NCBI GenBank assembly: GCA_964565945.1
Contig: CAZMGY010000024.1
Span: 11,599-43,598 of the forward strand
Reading direction: 5' to 3'
DNA from: an uncultured bacterium
GTDB taxonomy: Bacteria; GCA-001730085
Length of the DNA: 32,000 nucleotides
Below are positions 8,632 through 16,501 of the stretch, piece by piece. The translations under genes and the position numbers were made by a program. Position 1 is the first letter of the stretch. Each line of letters opens with the position of its first letter. The notes below the pieces were generated by a model. The model made no database searches. It worked only from the letters and a program-made list of their open reading frames with translations, and had not been told where the DNA came from.

Positions 8632-10052
8632 AAGGTAGTTATTGTAACATTAGACAGGTTAGAAAGCACCTTTTGATCACAATATTCATATTTAACCCCA
8701 CATATATCTTGGTAACTTTCGTGCCCCTTGCCCGCAATCAGCACCACATCACCCTCGGATGCCTGCTGAAGAGCCACAATAATTGCTTGCTCTCTTGACT
8801 CAACTTCTAAACAATGACTTGCCACAGCAATCCCTGCGGCAATCTGTTGCATAATAATGTGTGAATTTTCATAGCGTGGATTATCCGAAGTAAGCACAAT
8901 TGAATCAGCCCAGTCCGAAGCCACCTTTCCCATTAAAGGACGCTTATCCTTATCACGATCTCCTCCACAGCCAAACACCACCCATAGATGCTTAGCATAC
9001 TCTTGCTTAAGCGTTTTAAGAACATTGGCTAAGGCATCTGGTGTATGCGCATAATCAATAAAAACAAGTTTCCCATCAAATTCATAGGACTCCAAGCGGC
9101 CCGGTATCATTACCTTATCCTGCAAAGCCTTCTGCATGCGAGAAACGTCCCACTGCAACACATACCCCACAGCTAACGACGCCAACACATTAAGATCGTT
9201 ATACGACCCAACTAAACCATGATTGACTTCGTAAGGCATATCATTATGCCAAAACACCTGCAAACGTCCTTGAGAATTTTTAACGCCCCTAAGGTCACAT
9301 CCCTCCGACCCACCATAACGAATCACCTGAGCCCGACAATTTTTAACCATTTCCTCGGCATAAGGATCATCGGCATAAATCACCGCATAAGTATCCCTTT
9401 CAAGCTCGTCAAACAATCGTTTCTTAGCTTTAAGATAATCCTCCATTGTGGAATGATAATCCAAATGATCATGGGTTAAATTGGTGAAAACGGCAACTTT
9501 CACAGGTAAAGAATGCAAGCGACCTTGCTGCAAAGCATGCGAAGAGGCTTCCATCACACAAACATCCGCACCCTGATCCACTAATTGACGCCCCCATCGG
9601 TAACTATCTGGAGGTGCTGGTGTTGTATGTTGCTCTTTGGCCAAAATGGTCTCTCCGATGCGGTAATTAATCGTACCCAACACACCCACTGTCTTGGAAC
9701 AAGCCTGCCCCAAAGCTTCTAAAAGATAAGTGACTGAGGTTTTACCATTCGTCCCTGTGATCGCAATATTGACCATCGCGGACCATGGGTCACCATAAAC
9801 CCAACTGCAAATCGCATGCAAATCAGATTCTATCGTATCGGAAACCCTAACAGGCACAGTCGAAGACAGAAGACGGTGACTCAGCACCGCAACTGCTCCT
9901 CGCTCCACCGCCATATCGATATAATCGGCTCCATCGACACACGTTCCAGACAAAGCTACAAATAGATCCCCAGGCTGAACAAGGCGTGAATCAACGCACA
10001 CACGTGAGCAGGTGAGCAGTAACTCTTTCAGTTGTTCCACAATTTCAGACAC
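8628..10052 (-). CDS. murE: UDP-N-acetylmuramoyl-L-alanyl-D-glutamate--2,6-diaminopimelate ligase
   Basis: ATP-site motif ITGTNGKTS and the MurE-specific TSDNPR motif. GTG start, preceded by GGAGG with a 5-nt spacer. Lies in a dcw context. Confidence 0.9.
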   Translation of the reverse strand: MSEIVEQLKELLLTCSRVCVDSRLVQPGDLFVALSGTCVDGADYIDMAVERGAVAVLSHRLLSSTVPVRVSDTIESDLHAICSWVYGDPWSAMVNIAITGTNGKTSVTYLLEALGQACSKTVGVLGTINYRIGETILAKEQHTTPAPPDSYRWGRQLVDQGADVCVMEASSHALQQGRLHSLPVKVAVFTNLTHDHLDYHSTMEDYLKAKKRLFDELERDTYAVIYADDPYAEEMVKNCRAQVIRYGGSEGCDLRGVKNSQGRLQVFWHNDMPYEVNHGLVGSYNDLNVLASLAVGYVLQWDVSRMQKALQDKVMIPGRLESYEFDGKLVFIDYAHTPDALANVLKTLKQEYAKHLWVVFGCGGDRDKDKRPLMGKVASDWADSIVLTSDNPRYENSHIIMQQIAAGIAVASHCLEVESREQAIIVALQQASEGDVVLIAGKGHESYQDICGVKYEYCDQKVLSNLSNVTITTL

Positions 10053-10067
10053 ACAAACCTCCGCACA

Positions 10068-11750
10068 CTATTGTACAACATAGCTTTTAAGTTCTTCTCC
10101 AATGCGCTGAAAAATAGGCGCTGCTATCACACCCCCATAGCGATAAACATAGGGCGGTTCGTCCACAAAAACCCCAATGCAATACCTAGGGTTATCAGCA
10201 GGAAAAAACCCAATAAAAGAGCCGACATACTTATTTTTAGAATATCTTTTGGTTTTGGGATCATATTTTTGAGCCGTTCCCGTTTTACCCGCCACACGAA
10301 TACCTTTGATCATTGCACGACGTGCCGTTCCTTGATGTGATACCACAGATTCAAGCATGAGAGATACTTGCTGAGCAACATCTTTGCTAACAACTTTTCG
10401 AACCACTTCAGACTCATAACGAGCCACCATGACCCCCTTTTTTTTTCTTAACTCCTTCACAATTTTAGGAGCCATCAAATAACCTTTATTAGCAATCACA
10501 CCCATCGCATAAACCATCTGAATCGCCGTTGTCCCAATCTCTTGTCCCATTGGCAAAGAAGCTATTGAGGCTTTGGACCAAGAGTCCACAGGTCTCAAAA
10601 CTCCTTCCACTTCCCCCAACAAATTAAGTCCCGAACTGCGACCAAAACCAAAAGCTCTCATATAGTCATAGAGCTTTTCCTCACCTAGTTTCTGTGCTAT
10701 TTTGGCTGTTCCAATGTTACTCGACTTCTGCATAATCTGATGCACCGTAAGCCATCCGTGAGGCTTATGATCATGCAAAGGTCGCGAACGACCTTTAACC
10801 TTATAACGACCATTTTCACAAAAAATCTTATCCTCATTTTGAACAAGTCCCTCATTAAGTGCCGCAGCAAAAGTTACAATTTTAAAGGTTGATCCTGGTT
10901 CAAAGGTATCGGCAATCGCACGATTGCGACGGTCATCCGCCTGACTTTTGCTTGCCTGATTCAGATCAAAAGAAGGAATGTTCGCTAAAGACAACAGCTC
11001 TCCTGTTCGGGGATCTATCACAATCACACTGATCGACTTGGGCTTGTATTTCTCATAACACATCGCCATTTCTCTCTCAACAACATACTGAATGCGCTCA
11101 TCCAAAGTTAATACCAAGTCATAACCATCCTGAGGAACCCTTGTATGACGTTTAAGCGCCAAGAGTTCTCGTGATTTCCCATCCTTAGTGAAAGCTTTAA
11201 AACCTTCTTCCCCTTTTAAGTTTTGCTCATAATAAGCTTCTAGACCTTCTAAACCATGGTGATCGGCACCAACAAAACCAATCACATGAGAGGCCATTTT
11301 CCCCTTGGGATACTCTCGCTTTTGTTCACGATCAAAATAGACACCTTTAACATTTTCTTTAAGGAGAATTTTATACAGCTGATCATCCATTCGGCGTTTA
11401 AGATACACCGCTTTTTTGGAACTATTCAAACGCTTTTGAATCACGGCTAAATCCATACCTAAAATTCGATGCAAATGCTTAGCCACTTGCTCTTTATTTT
11501 GCACTTCGTGAGGAGCCACTTTTAAAGTGTATTGATAATGACTCATAGCTAAAGGTAAACCATTGCGCTCAAAAATCGAACCCCGCAACGGTTTAAGCTT
11601 CTGGAAAGCCTCGTGCTGCACTTTAGCATAATCAATTAAGTCTTTTCTGATCACTTGCAAATAAAACAAACGTCCAAGCAAGAGAACAAACAGAAATGCC
11701 AGAAAAAGAACTACATGTTTCGAACGAGAGATATAAGCCTTTTTCACCAC
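10068..11750 (-). CDS. ftsI: Class B penicillin-binding protein / peptidoglycan D,D-transpeptidase
   Basis: N-terminal TM anchor and the three transpeptidase motifs STFK, SSN and KTGTA in the canonical order. The position between ftsL and murE is canonical. GTG start. Confidence 0.9.
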   Translation of the reverse strand: MVKKAYISRSKHVVLFLAFLFVLLLGRLFYLQVIRKDLIDYAKVQHEAFQKLKPLRGSIFERNGLPLAMSHYQYTLKVAPHEVQNKEQVAKHLHRILGMDLAVIQKRLNSSKKAVYLKRRMDDQLYKILLKENVKGVYFDREQKREYPKGKMASHVIGFVGADHHGLEGLEAYYEQNLKGEEGFKAFTKDGKSRELLALKRHTRVPQDGYDLVLTLDERIQYVVEREMAMCYEKYKPKSISVIVIDPRTGELLSLANIPSFDLNQASKSQADDRRNRAIADTFEPGSTFKIVTFAAALNEGLVQNEDKIFCENGRYKVKGRSRPLHDHKPHGWLTVHQIMQKSSNIGTAKIAQKLGEEKLYDYMRAFGFGRSSGLNLLGEVEGVLRPVDSWSKASIASLPMGQEIGTTAIQMVYAMGVIANKGYLMAPKIVKELRKKKGVMVARYESEVVRKVVSKDVAQQVSLMLESVVSHQGTARRAMIKGIRVAGKTGTAQKYDPKTKRYSKNKYVGSFIGFFPADNPRYCIGVFVDEPPYVYRYGGVIAAPIFQRIGEELKSYVVQ

Positions 11751-11778
11751 ACAACCTATGACAAGCTAAAAAATTTAT

Positions 11779-12165
11779 TTACGCACTGCGCCCAGATCTT
11801 TGATCGCCATGACCTGCATCCGCAAATGTCATAAAGCTAGGCATAGGTGGTATTGGAACATCTATTCCTTGAGATTGCAAATGCTCGGCTAGTTCGTGCT
11901 TTACCTGAGATTCTACCTTATAAACTACTTTGGTTTGTCGACCACGAATCAAGCCTAATTCATTACAAGATATGGTTTCGATACGCTCCAAGGAACTCAA
12001 TGAAGCTTCTTTGAGTTGGAGGGCCCTGACCTGAAAGTGCAAATCTTTAAGCGTTTCTTCTTTTTGTGTTAAAACACGCCCCATTTGAATCCACTGAACA
12101 TGTTGCCAAACACAACAAAAAATACAAACAAAAGAAACCCCTAAAACCATAAAAAAGCGATGCAT
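11779..12165 (-). CDS. ftsL: FtsL-like cell division membrane protein
   Basis: Small bitopic protein with one TM (FFMVLGVSFVCIFCCVW) followed by a coiled-coil-like segment. The position between rsmH and ftsI is canonical. I chose the ATG at 12165; the track ORF begins at a TTG at 12177 that abuts GAGGA with no spacer. Confidence 0.55.
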   Translation of the reverse strand: MHRFFMVLGVSFVCIFCCVWQHVQWIQMGRVLTQKEETLKDLHFQVRALQLKEASLSSLERIETISCNELGLIRGRQTKVVYKVESQVKHELAEHLQSQGIDVPIPPMPSFMTFADAGHGDQRSGRSA

Positions 12166-12170
12166 ATTCT

Positions 12171-13064
12171 TTAACAATCCTCTAATTCCAAGCGTTCACA
12201 AACTCTCATCTTGGCACTGCGTGATCGTTTGTTATGCTTAATTTCTTCAACACTAGGAACGATTGGTTTTTTGGTTAACAACTGACACAAACCTTGTTTA
12301 GACCATTCACGAAACTGAACTTTAACTCGACGATCCTCGAGAGAATGATACGAAATTACACACAGCCGTCCCCTGGGTTTAAGACAAAACAGGCTATCTG
12401 TTAAAAAACGATCCAGATGATCCAGTTCTTGATTAACAGCAATTCGCAAAGCTTGAAAGGTGCGGGTTGCTGGATGAATTTTGCCACGACGCCCATAGGC
12501 CCTCACAACAAGATCGGCCAACTCTGTCGTGGTCTCAATAGGGTGACGACGGCGCGTCTCCACCACCAATTTTGCGATGCGCCGCGAACGACGTTCATCA
12601 CCATACTGGTAAATGGTATTTGCAAGTTCTTGCTCACTCAACTGACTGACCAAATTAGCTGCCGAAGGGCCTTCGCTACGATTCATTCGCATATCTAGAG
12701 CCGCATCCTTCATAAAGCTAAATCCCCGCTCACCCTCATCCAATTGCAGGGACGAAACACCTAAATCAACCAAAATTCCATCCACAGCGGAAATATTCAT
12801 CTGATCCAAAACGCTCTTTATCTCACTGTAGTTTCCCCAAACACAATGAGAGGTTCCCTCAACCGCACGCAATTGCTCTTTGGCAATCGCTAAAGCCTCT
12901 TGGTCCCGATCAATACCAATCACACAACCATCGGGACCAGTCTTCTTTAAAATAGCTTGGGCATGTCCAGCACATCCCACAGTGCCGTCCACAAAAACGC
13001 CCCCTGATTGAACCGCTAAGGCATCTAACACTTCGTCGAACAACACAGGTATATGTTTTTGCAT
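12171..13064 (-). CDS. rsmH: 16S rRNA (cytosine1402-N4)-methyltransferase
   Basis: HIPVLFDEVLDAL N-terminus and GVSSLQLD motif; follows mraZ. I chose the ATG at 13064 (MQKHIPVL...). An upstream in-frame GTG at 13073 is the alternative start. Confidence 0.9.
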   Translation of the reverse strand: MQKHIPVLFDEVLDALAVQSGGVFVDGTVGCAGHAQAILKKTGPDGCVIGIDRDQEALAIAKEQLRAVEGTSHCVWGNYSEIKSVLDQMNISAVDGILVDLGVSSLQLDEGERGFSFMKDAALDMRMNRSEGPSAANLVSQLSEQELANTIYQYGDERRSRRIAKLVVETRRRHPIETTTELADLVVRAYGRRGKIHPATRTFQALRIAVNQELDHLDRFLTDSLFCLKPRGRLCVISYHSLEDRRVKVQFREWSKQGLCQLLTKKPIVPSVEEIKHNKRSRSAKMRVCERLELEDC

Positions 13065-13188
13065 AACACGCACTTAACCCAAGAATAAATCTTGTCTAAC
13101 TTATTCAGCGGGTTTTCCCAACACACATGAGAGTCTAAGCTCTTTAATCCAAATGACTCATTTGGACACACGTGTCATGACCCAGCTA

Positions 13189-13647
13189 TTAACCCTGCAG
13201 AAGATCCCCCTCTTCTGCCCCCAAAGATTCCGCAAGCAACTCAAACGAATCGTGATTATTTGCATTAAATTCTTGCCATATCTGGCGATCCCAAATTTCG
13301 ATTTTATTGTCCAAACCAATCACCGTGATATCTCGATCCATTTTAGCTTCGTCTTTAAACTTATCGGGAATCAAAATACGTCCTTGTCGATCACAAACAA
13401 CTTCCATTGTTCGCGAATACAATAAACGCTGAAACTTACGAACATCCCCTTTGAAGTAAGAATTATTTTTGAGACCGTTAAGTTCATCTTGCCACCCATC
13501 GGGTGTATACAAAGCTAAACAGGTGTCGAAACCACGAGTCATGAAAAATTTGGGAAGACTATCGGGATCCAAAGCTTCACGAAAGCGGGATGGCAATATA
13601 AATCTATTCTTACCATCTAAAGAGTGTTTATACTCTCCAAAAAACAT
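13189..13647 (-). CDS. mraZ: Transcriptional regulator MraZ
   Basis: MFFGEYKHSLDGKNRFILPSRFR plus a second SpoVT/AbrB-like repeat (DRQGRILIP). Length is 152 aa. It is the first gene of the dcw cluster. Confidence 0.9.
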   Translation of the reverse strand: MFFGEYKHSLDGKNRFILPSRFREALDPDSLPKFFMTRGFDTCLALYTPDGWQDELNGLKNNSYFKGDVRKFQRLLYSRTMEVVCDRQGRILIPDKFKDEAKMDRDITVIGLDNKIEIWDRQIWQEFNANNHDSFELLAESLGAEEGDLLQG

Positions 13648-13650
13648 TTA

Positions 13651-13680
13651 TTACTTTCCTCCACTTTGCCCCACTTTGCT
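13651..13680 (-). promoter_or_regulatory. Three tandem 10-bp repeats resembling MraZ boxes in the mraZ 5' leader
   Basis: The minus strand reads AGCAAAGTGG GGCAAAGTGG AGGAAAGTAA, ending 3 nt before the mraZ ATG. The core AAAGTGG/AAAGTGG/AAAGTAA has 10-bp periodicity. Confidence 0.5.
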
Positions 13681-13693
13681 CTACTTAAGAAGT

Positions 13694-13722
13694 ATTATAG
13701 AGGTATCGCTCCATTTATTCAA
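13694..13722 (-). promoter_or_regulatory. Putative sigma70-type promoter of the dcw cluster
   Basis: Minus-strand TTGAAT (13717-13722), a 17-nt spacer, then TATAAT (13694-13699). The predicted 5' UTR is ~40 nt and contains the repeats above. Confidence 0.45.
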
Positions 13723-13822
13723 GGGTTTATTACAGTTTTTTTCACTTTGTCATCACGGGTGTTTTTTCACACATTTGTCATACTTAGACCTTAATACTTA
13801 TGACCCCACAGCTTCTATTCTT

Positions 13823-13912
13823 GTCATATTGTGGCTTGACCACGGATCTGGATCGTATAACATAGGTCCGCAGTACCACGTGGGATACACGACAGACAAG
13901 CCACGGTATGAC
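13823..13912. other. ~90-nt imperfect long hairpin between thiL and the dcw promoter
   Basis: GTCATA-tt-GTGGCTTG ... CAAGCCAC-gg-TATGAC forms a 14-bp interrupted outer stem. It encloses 58 nt that include the CCACGTGG and GATCTGGATC palindromic cores. Confidence 0.4.
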
Positions 13913-13949
13913 TTAAATATAAAGTGGAATAACTAAAAAAATAGAAAAA

Positions 13950-14840
13950 TTAGAAGTGTTGAAAACCTATTTGCTGAATATCAGAACCATCTTTCCAAGT
14001 AAGATCGGGATAAGAGGAATCGATACGGCCAATCAAAGAAATCTTAAAAGGAGCCGCATCCAATAGGCTGTGCTGATCATCAGACAAAGTCACAAGAAGC
14101 TCAAAATCTTCGCCATCCGACAAAGCCGCCTTCAAAGCATCTTCAGACGACAAGGATGAACAGATTTTGGACACTGGAATCTGATTAGGATCCAACCAAG
14201 CGCCCTTTTGTTGAGAAGCCGTCATAAGATGACGCAAGTCCCCCACTAAACCATCACTGATATCTATCATTGAACTGGGACGACAATGCTGAACTAACCA
14301 TTGCGCTTCATTTATACACGGAACAAAGGAATAATGCTTACTTGCACGACTTCCCCCCAAAGACCCTGTCACACAGACCCAATCCCCATCTTGCACTCCA
14401 GATCGGTAAACAACCTTCCCCTTAGCAGCTTTAGCTAAGATGGTCACACTCAAAATCAAACGATCCGAAGCAACAGTATCTCCACCAATAATCGCTATGT
14501 TCCAACACTGGTTAAGTGTCTTGATCCCCTCGTACATCTGCAAAACCTGTTGTTCCGTTAGCCCCTTAGGTAAACCCAAAGAAATCAACATAGCTTCGGG
14601 TACACCCCCCATTGCCGCAATGTCGCTCACATTAACGGCTGCGGCCTTATAACCGATTTGCTCAAAGGTCATTTCATCCAAAGCAAAGTGAACATCTTGC
14701 ACCAGCATATCAGTCGATACCAAAGTGACTTCATCTTCGTTGTGCGGTAAAACCGCACAATCATCACCGATACCAACCATGTCAGCAGGTACTAAACCAT
14801 ACTTTGCTTGAATCTGTTCAATCAGTTTAAATTCATTCAT
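13950..14840 (-). CDS. thiL: Thiamine-monophosphate kinase
   Basis: FKLIEQI...GIGDDCAVL...STDMLVQDVHF matches the ThiL/AIR-synthase-related fold. I chose the ATG at 14840, which overlaps the mtnA stop (ATGAATGA). The track ORF starts at an upstream GTG inside mtnA. Confidence 0.8.
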   Translation of the reverse strand: MNEFKLIEQIQAKYGLVPADMVGIGDDCAVLPHNEDEVTLVSTDMLVQDVHFALDEMTFEQIGYKAAAVNVSDIAAMGGVPEAMLISLGLPKGLTEQQVLQMYEGIKTLNQCWNIAIIGGDTVASDRLILSVTILAKAAKGKVVYRSGVQDGDWVCVTGSLGGSRASKHYSFVPCINEAQWLVQHCRPSSMIDISDGLVGDLRHLMTASQQKGAWLDPNQIPVSKICSSLSSEDALKAALSDGEDFELLVTLSDDQHSLLDAAPFKISLIGRIDSSYPDLTWKDGSDIQQIGFQHF

Positions 14841-15885
14841 TAGAAACCAAAACTTCGGATGACAGATTTTCAATTTTGACATCAAAGGGAGGATACAAAA
14901 CACCTTGATCGGTGATCAAAGCTGTCACCAGCTCGTTAGGTGTCACATCAAAAGCAGGATTGTAAATAGTCACATCCAAGGGGGCGGTTTGATTACCAAA
15001 CCCATGCACAATTTCATGACTCTCGCGCTCTTCAATCGGAATGCTTTTTCCTGAAGACAACGAGGTATCAAAAGTTGAAAAAGGTGCCGCCACATAAAAA
15101 GGAATGTGGTGTTTTTCGGCCAACACAGCCAAATTATAGGTTCCAATTTTGTTGGCCACATCACCATTGGCTACAATGCGATCGGCTCCAACGATAATTG
15201 CATTTACACCCTTATCACGAATCACATGGGCCGCCATATTGTCAGCGATCACGGTCACATCAATCCCCGCCTGACTCAATTCCCAAGCCGTGAGTCGCGA
15301 CCCCTGCAACAGAGGCCTAGTTTCATCGGCAAATATCTTGAGATGCTTGCCCTGTTTCTGTGCTTCGTACATAACAGATAAAGCAGTCCCTGCTCCACCA
15401 GTAGCTAAAGCCCCAGCATTGCAATGGGTTAGCACTACAGATTGTTCATCCAAAAGCTCTGAGCCAAACTGCCCTATTCGCTGGCACAAAGCTTTATCCT
15501 CTTTATGAATCGCGTGAGCTTCTTTCAATAAAATCGCTTTCACTCGAGCCAAGTCGTTAACTTCTCGTACCTTGTCATGACAACGCCTTAAAGCCCATTC
15601 CAAATTAACAGCCGTCGGGCGACACTCTACCAAATAGCTCAAACGTTCTTCAAAAAAGATCCAAAAAGCGCTCATATCTTGATCGTTATCATAATCCTTG
15701 ACCGCTAAATACAAACCATAGGCGCCAGCAATCCCAATGGCTGGCGCGCCACGCACTTGCAAACGCTTAATCGCATCCCAAACATCTTCGACAGTCTCGC
15801 AATCTCGATACACCAATTCTTGAGGAAGTCGTGTCTGATCAATCAAACACACATGAGTCTCTTTCCATTCTATCGTTTCAAACAT
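14833..15885 (-). CDS. mtnA: Methylthioribose-1-phosphate isomerase (eIF-2B alpha/beta/delta-like family)
   Basis: LIDQTRLP, VRGAPAIGIAGAYG and GADRIVANGDVANKIGTY motifs. GAGGAG Shine-Dalgarno sequence 8 nt upstream of the ATG. Confidence 0.8.
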   Translation of the reverse strand: MFETIEWKETHVCLIDQTRLPQELVYRDCETVEDVWDAIKRLQVRGAPAIGIAGAYGLYLAVKDYDNDQDMSAFWIFFEERLSYLVECRPTAVNLEWALRRCHDKVREVNDLARVKAILLKEAHAIHKEDKALCQRIGQFGSELLDEQSVVLTHCNAGALATGGAGTALSVMYEAQKQGKHLKIFADETRPLLQGSRLTAWELSQAGIDVTVIADNMAAHVIRDKGVNAIIVGADRIVANGDVANKIGTYNLAVLAEKHHIPFYVAAPFSTFDTSLSSGKSIPIEERESHEIVHGFGNQTAPLDVTIYNPAFDVTPNELVTALITDQGVLYPPFDVKIENLSSEVLVSNE

Positions 15886-15972
15886 TTTACAAGCTCCTCA
15901 TACTGCTCAGCCTCAATATACACTATTTGACATACTAATATGCAATCTATTACAAAATACTTTAACAAAGAA

Positions 15973-16437
15973 TTAGGATTTAGGCTCAAACTCTAAGGCA
16001 GAAGAGTTAATGCAATATCTTAGGCCTGTTGGCTCAGGACCATCAGGAAAAACATGTCCCAAATGACCCTCACAACAAATGCAGTGTACTTCGGCGCGCG
16101 TGCTCCACAAAGATCTTTCTTCTTTGATGCCAATAGATTCTTTGGACAAAGGCTTCCAATAGCTTGGCCAACCTGTCCCCGACTCGTATTTGTGTTCCGA
16201 AGAAAATAGTTTTTCGCCACATCCCGCACAAACATAGGTTCCCAATTTTTTATTATCCCAATATTTTCCTGTAAATGCCCTTTCCGTACCTTCATGACGC
16301 AGCACTTTGTATTGCATAGACGTTAATTGCTCTTTCCATTCTCGGTTGGATTTAATCACTTTGTTGTCCATAGCCACTCCTTCACACCAAGGGATCAAAA
16401 GCCCTAATAGGCTCATTATCCAAATCCATTTATACAT
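15973..16437 (-). CDS. msrB: Peptide-methionine (R)-S-oxide reductase, possibly exported
   Basis: Two CxxC zinc pairs (CAGCGE, CICCEGHLGHVF) and the catalytic RYCINS motif. The long form carries a signal-like N-terminus (MYKWIWIMSLLGLLIPWCEGVA). An internal ATG at 16371 with a GAAGGAG SD would give a cytoplasmic 132-aa form. Confidence 0.9.
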   Translation of the reverse strand: MYKWIWIMSLLGLLIPWCEGVAMDNKVIKSNREWKEQLTSMQYKVLRHEGTERAFTGKYWDNKKLGTYVCAGCGEKLFSSEHKYESGTGWPSYWKPLSKESIGIKEERSLWSTRAEVHCICCEGHLGHVFPDGPEPTGLRYCINSSALEFEPKS

Positions 16438-16501
16438 TACAGATGGCTCCTATGAATATGCACCCCTATTGTATGGACTTAAGTCGAAAAAAAGAAGAGT
16501 T

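Noticed and set aside
13839-13880. GATCTGGAT and AGGTCCG strings that recalled the TPP riboswitch core (next to thiL) and the SRP RNA helix 8.
   Set aside because: For the TPP riboswitch there is no CUGAGA element, and the location is downstream of thiL rather than in a 5' leader. For SRP RNA the GGAA tetraloop and AGCA loop motifs are absent. The partial matches are likely coincidental.
13153-13936. Plus-strand ORFs of 90 aa (13153-13425) and 155 aa (13469-13936) across mraZ and the intergenic region.
   Set aside because: They are antisense to mraZ and run through the promoter and hairpin region. There is no SD and the composition is implausible.
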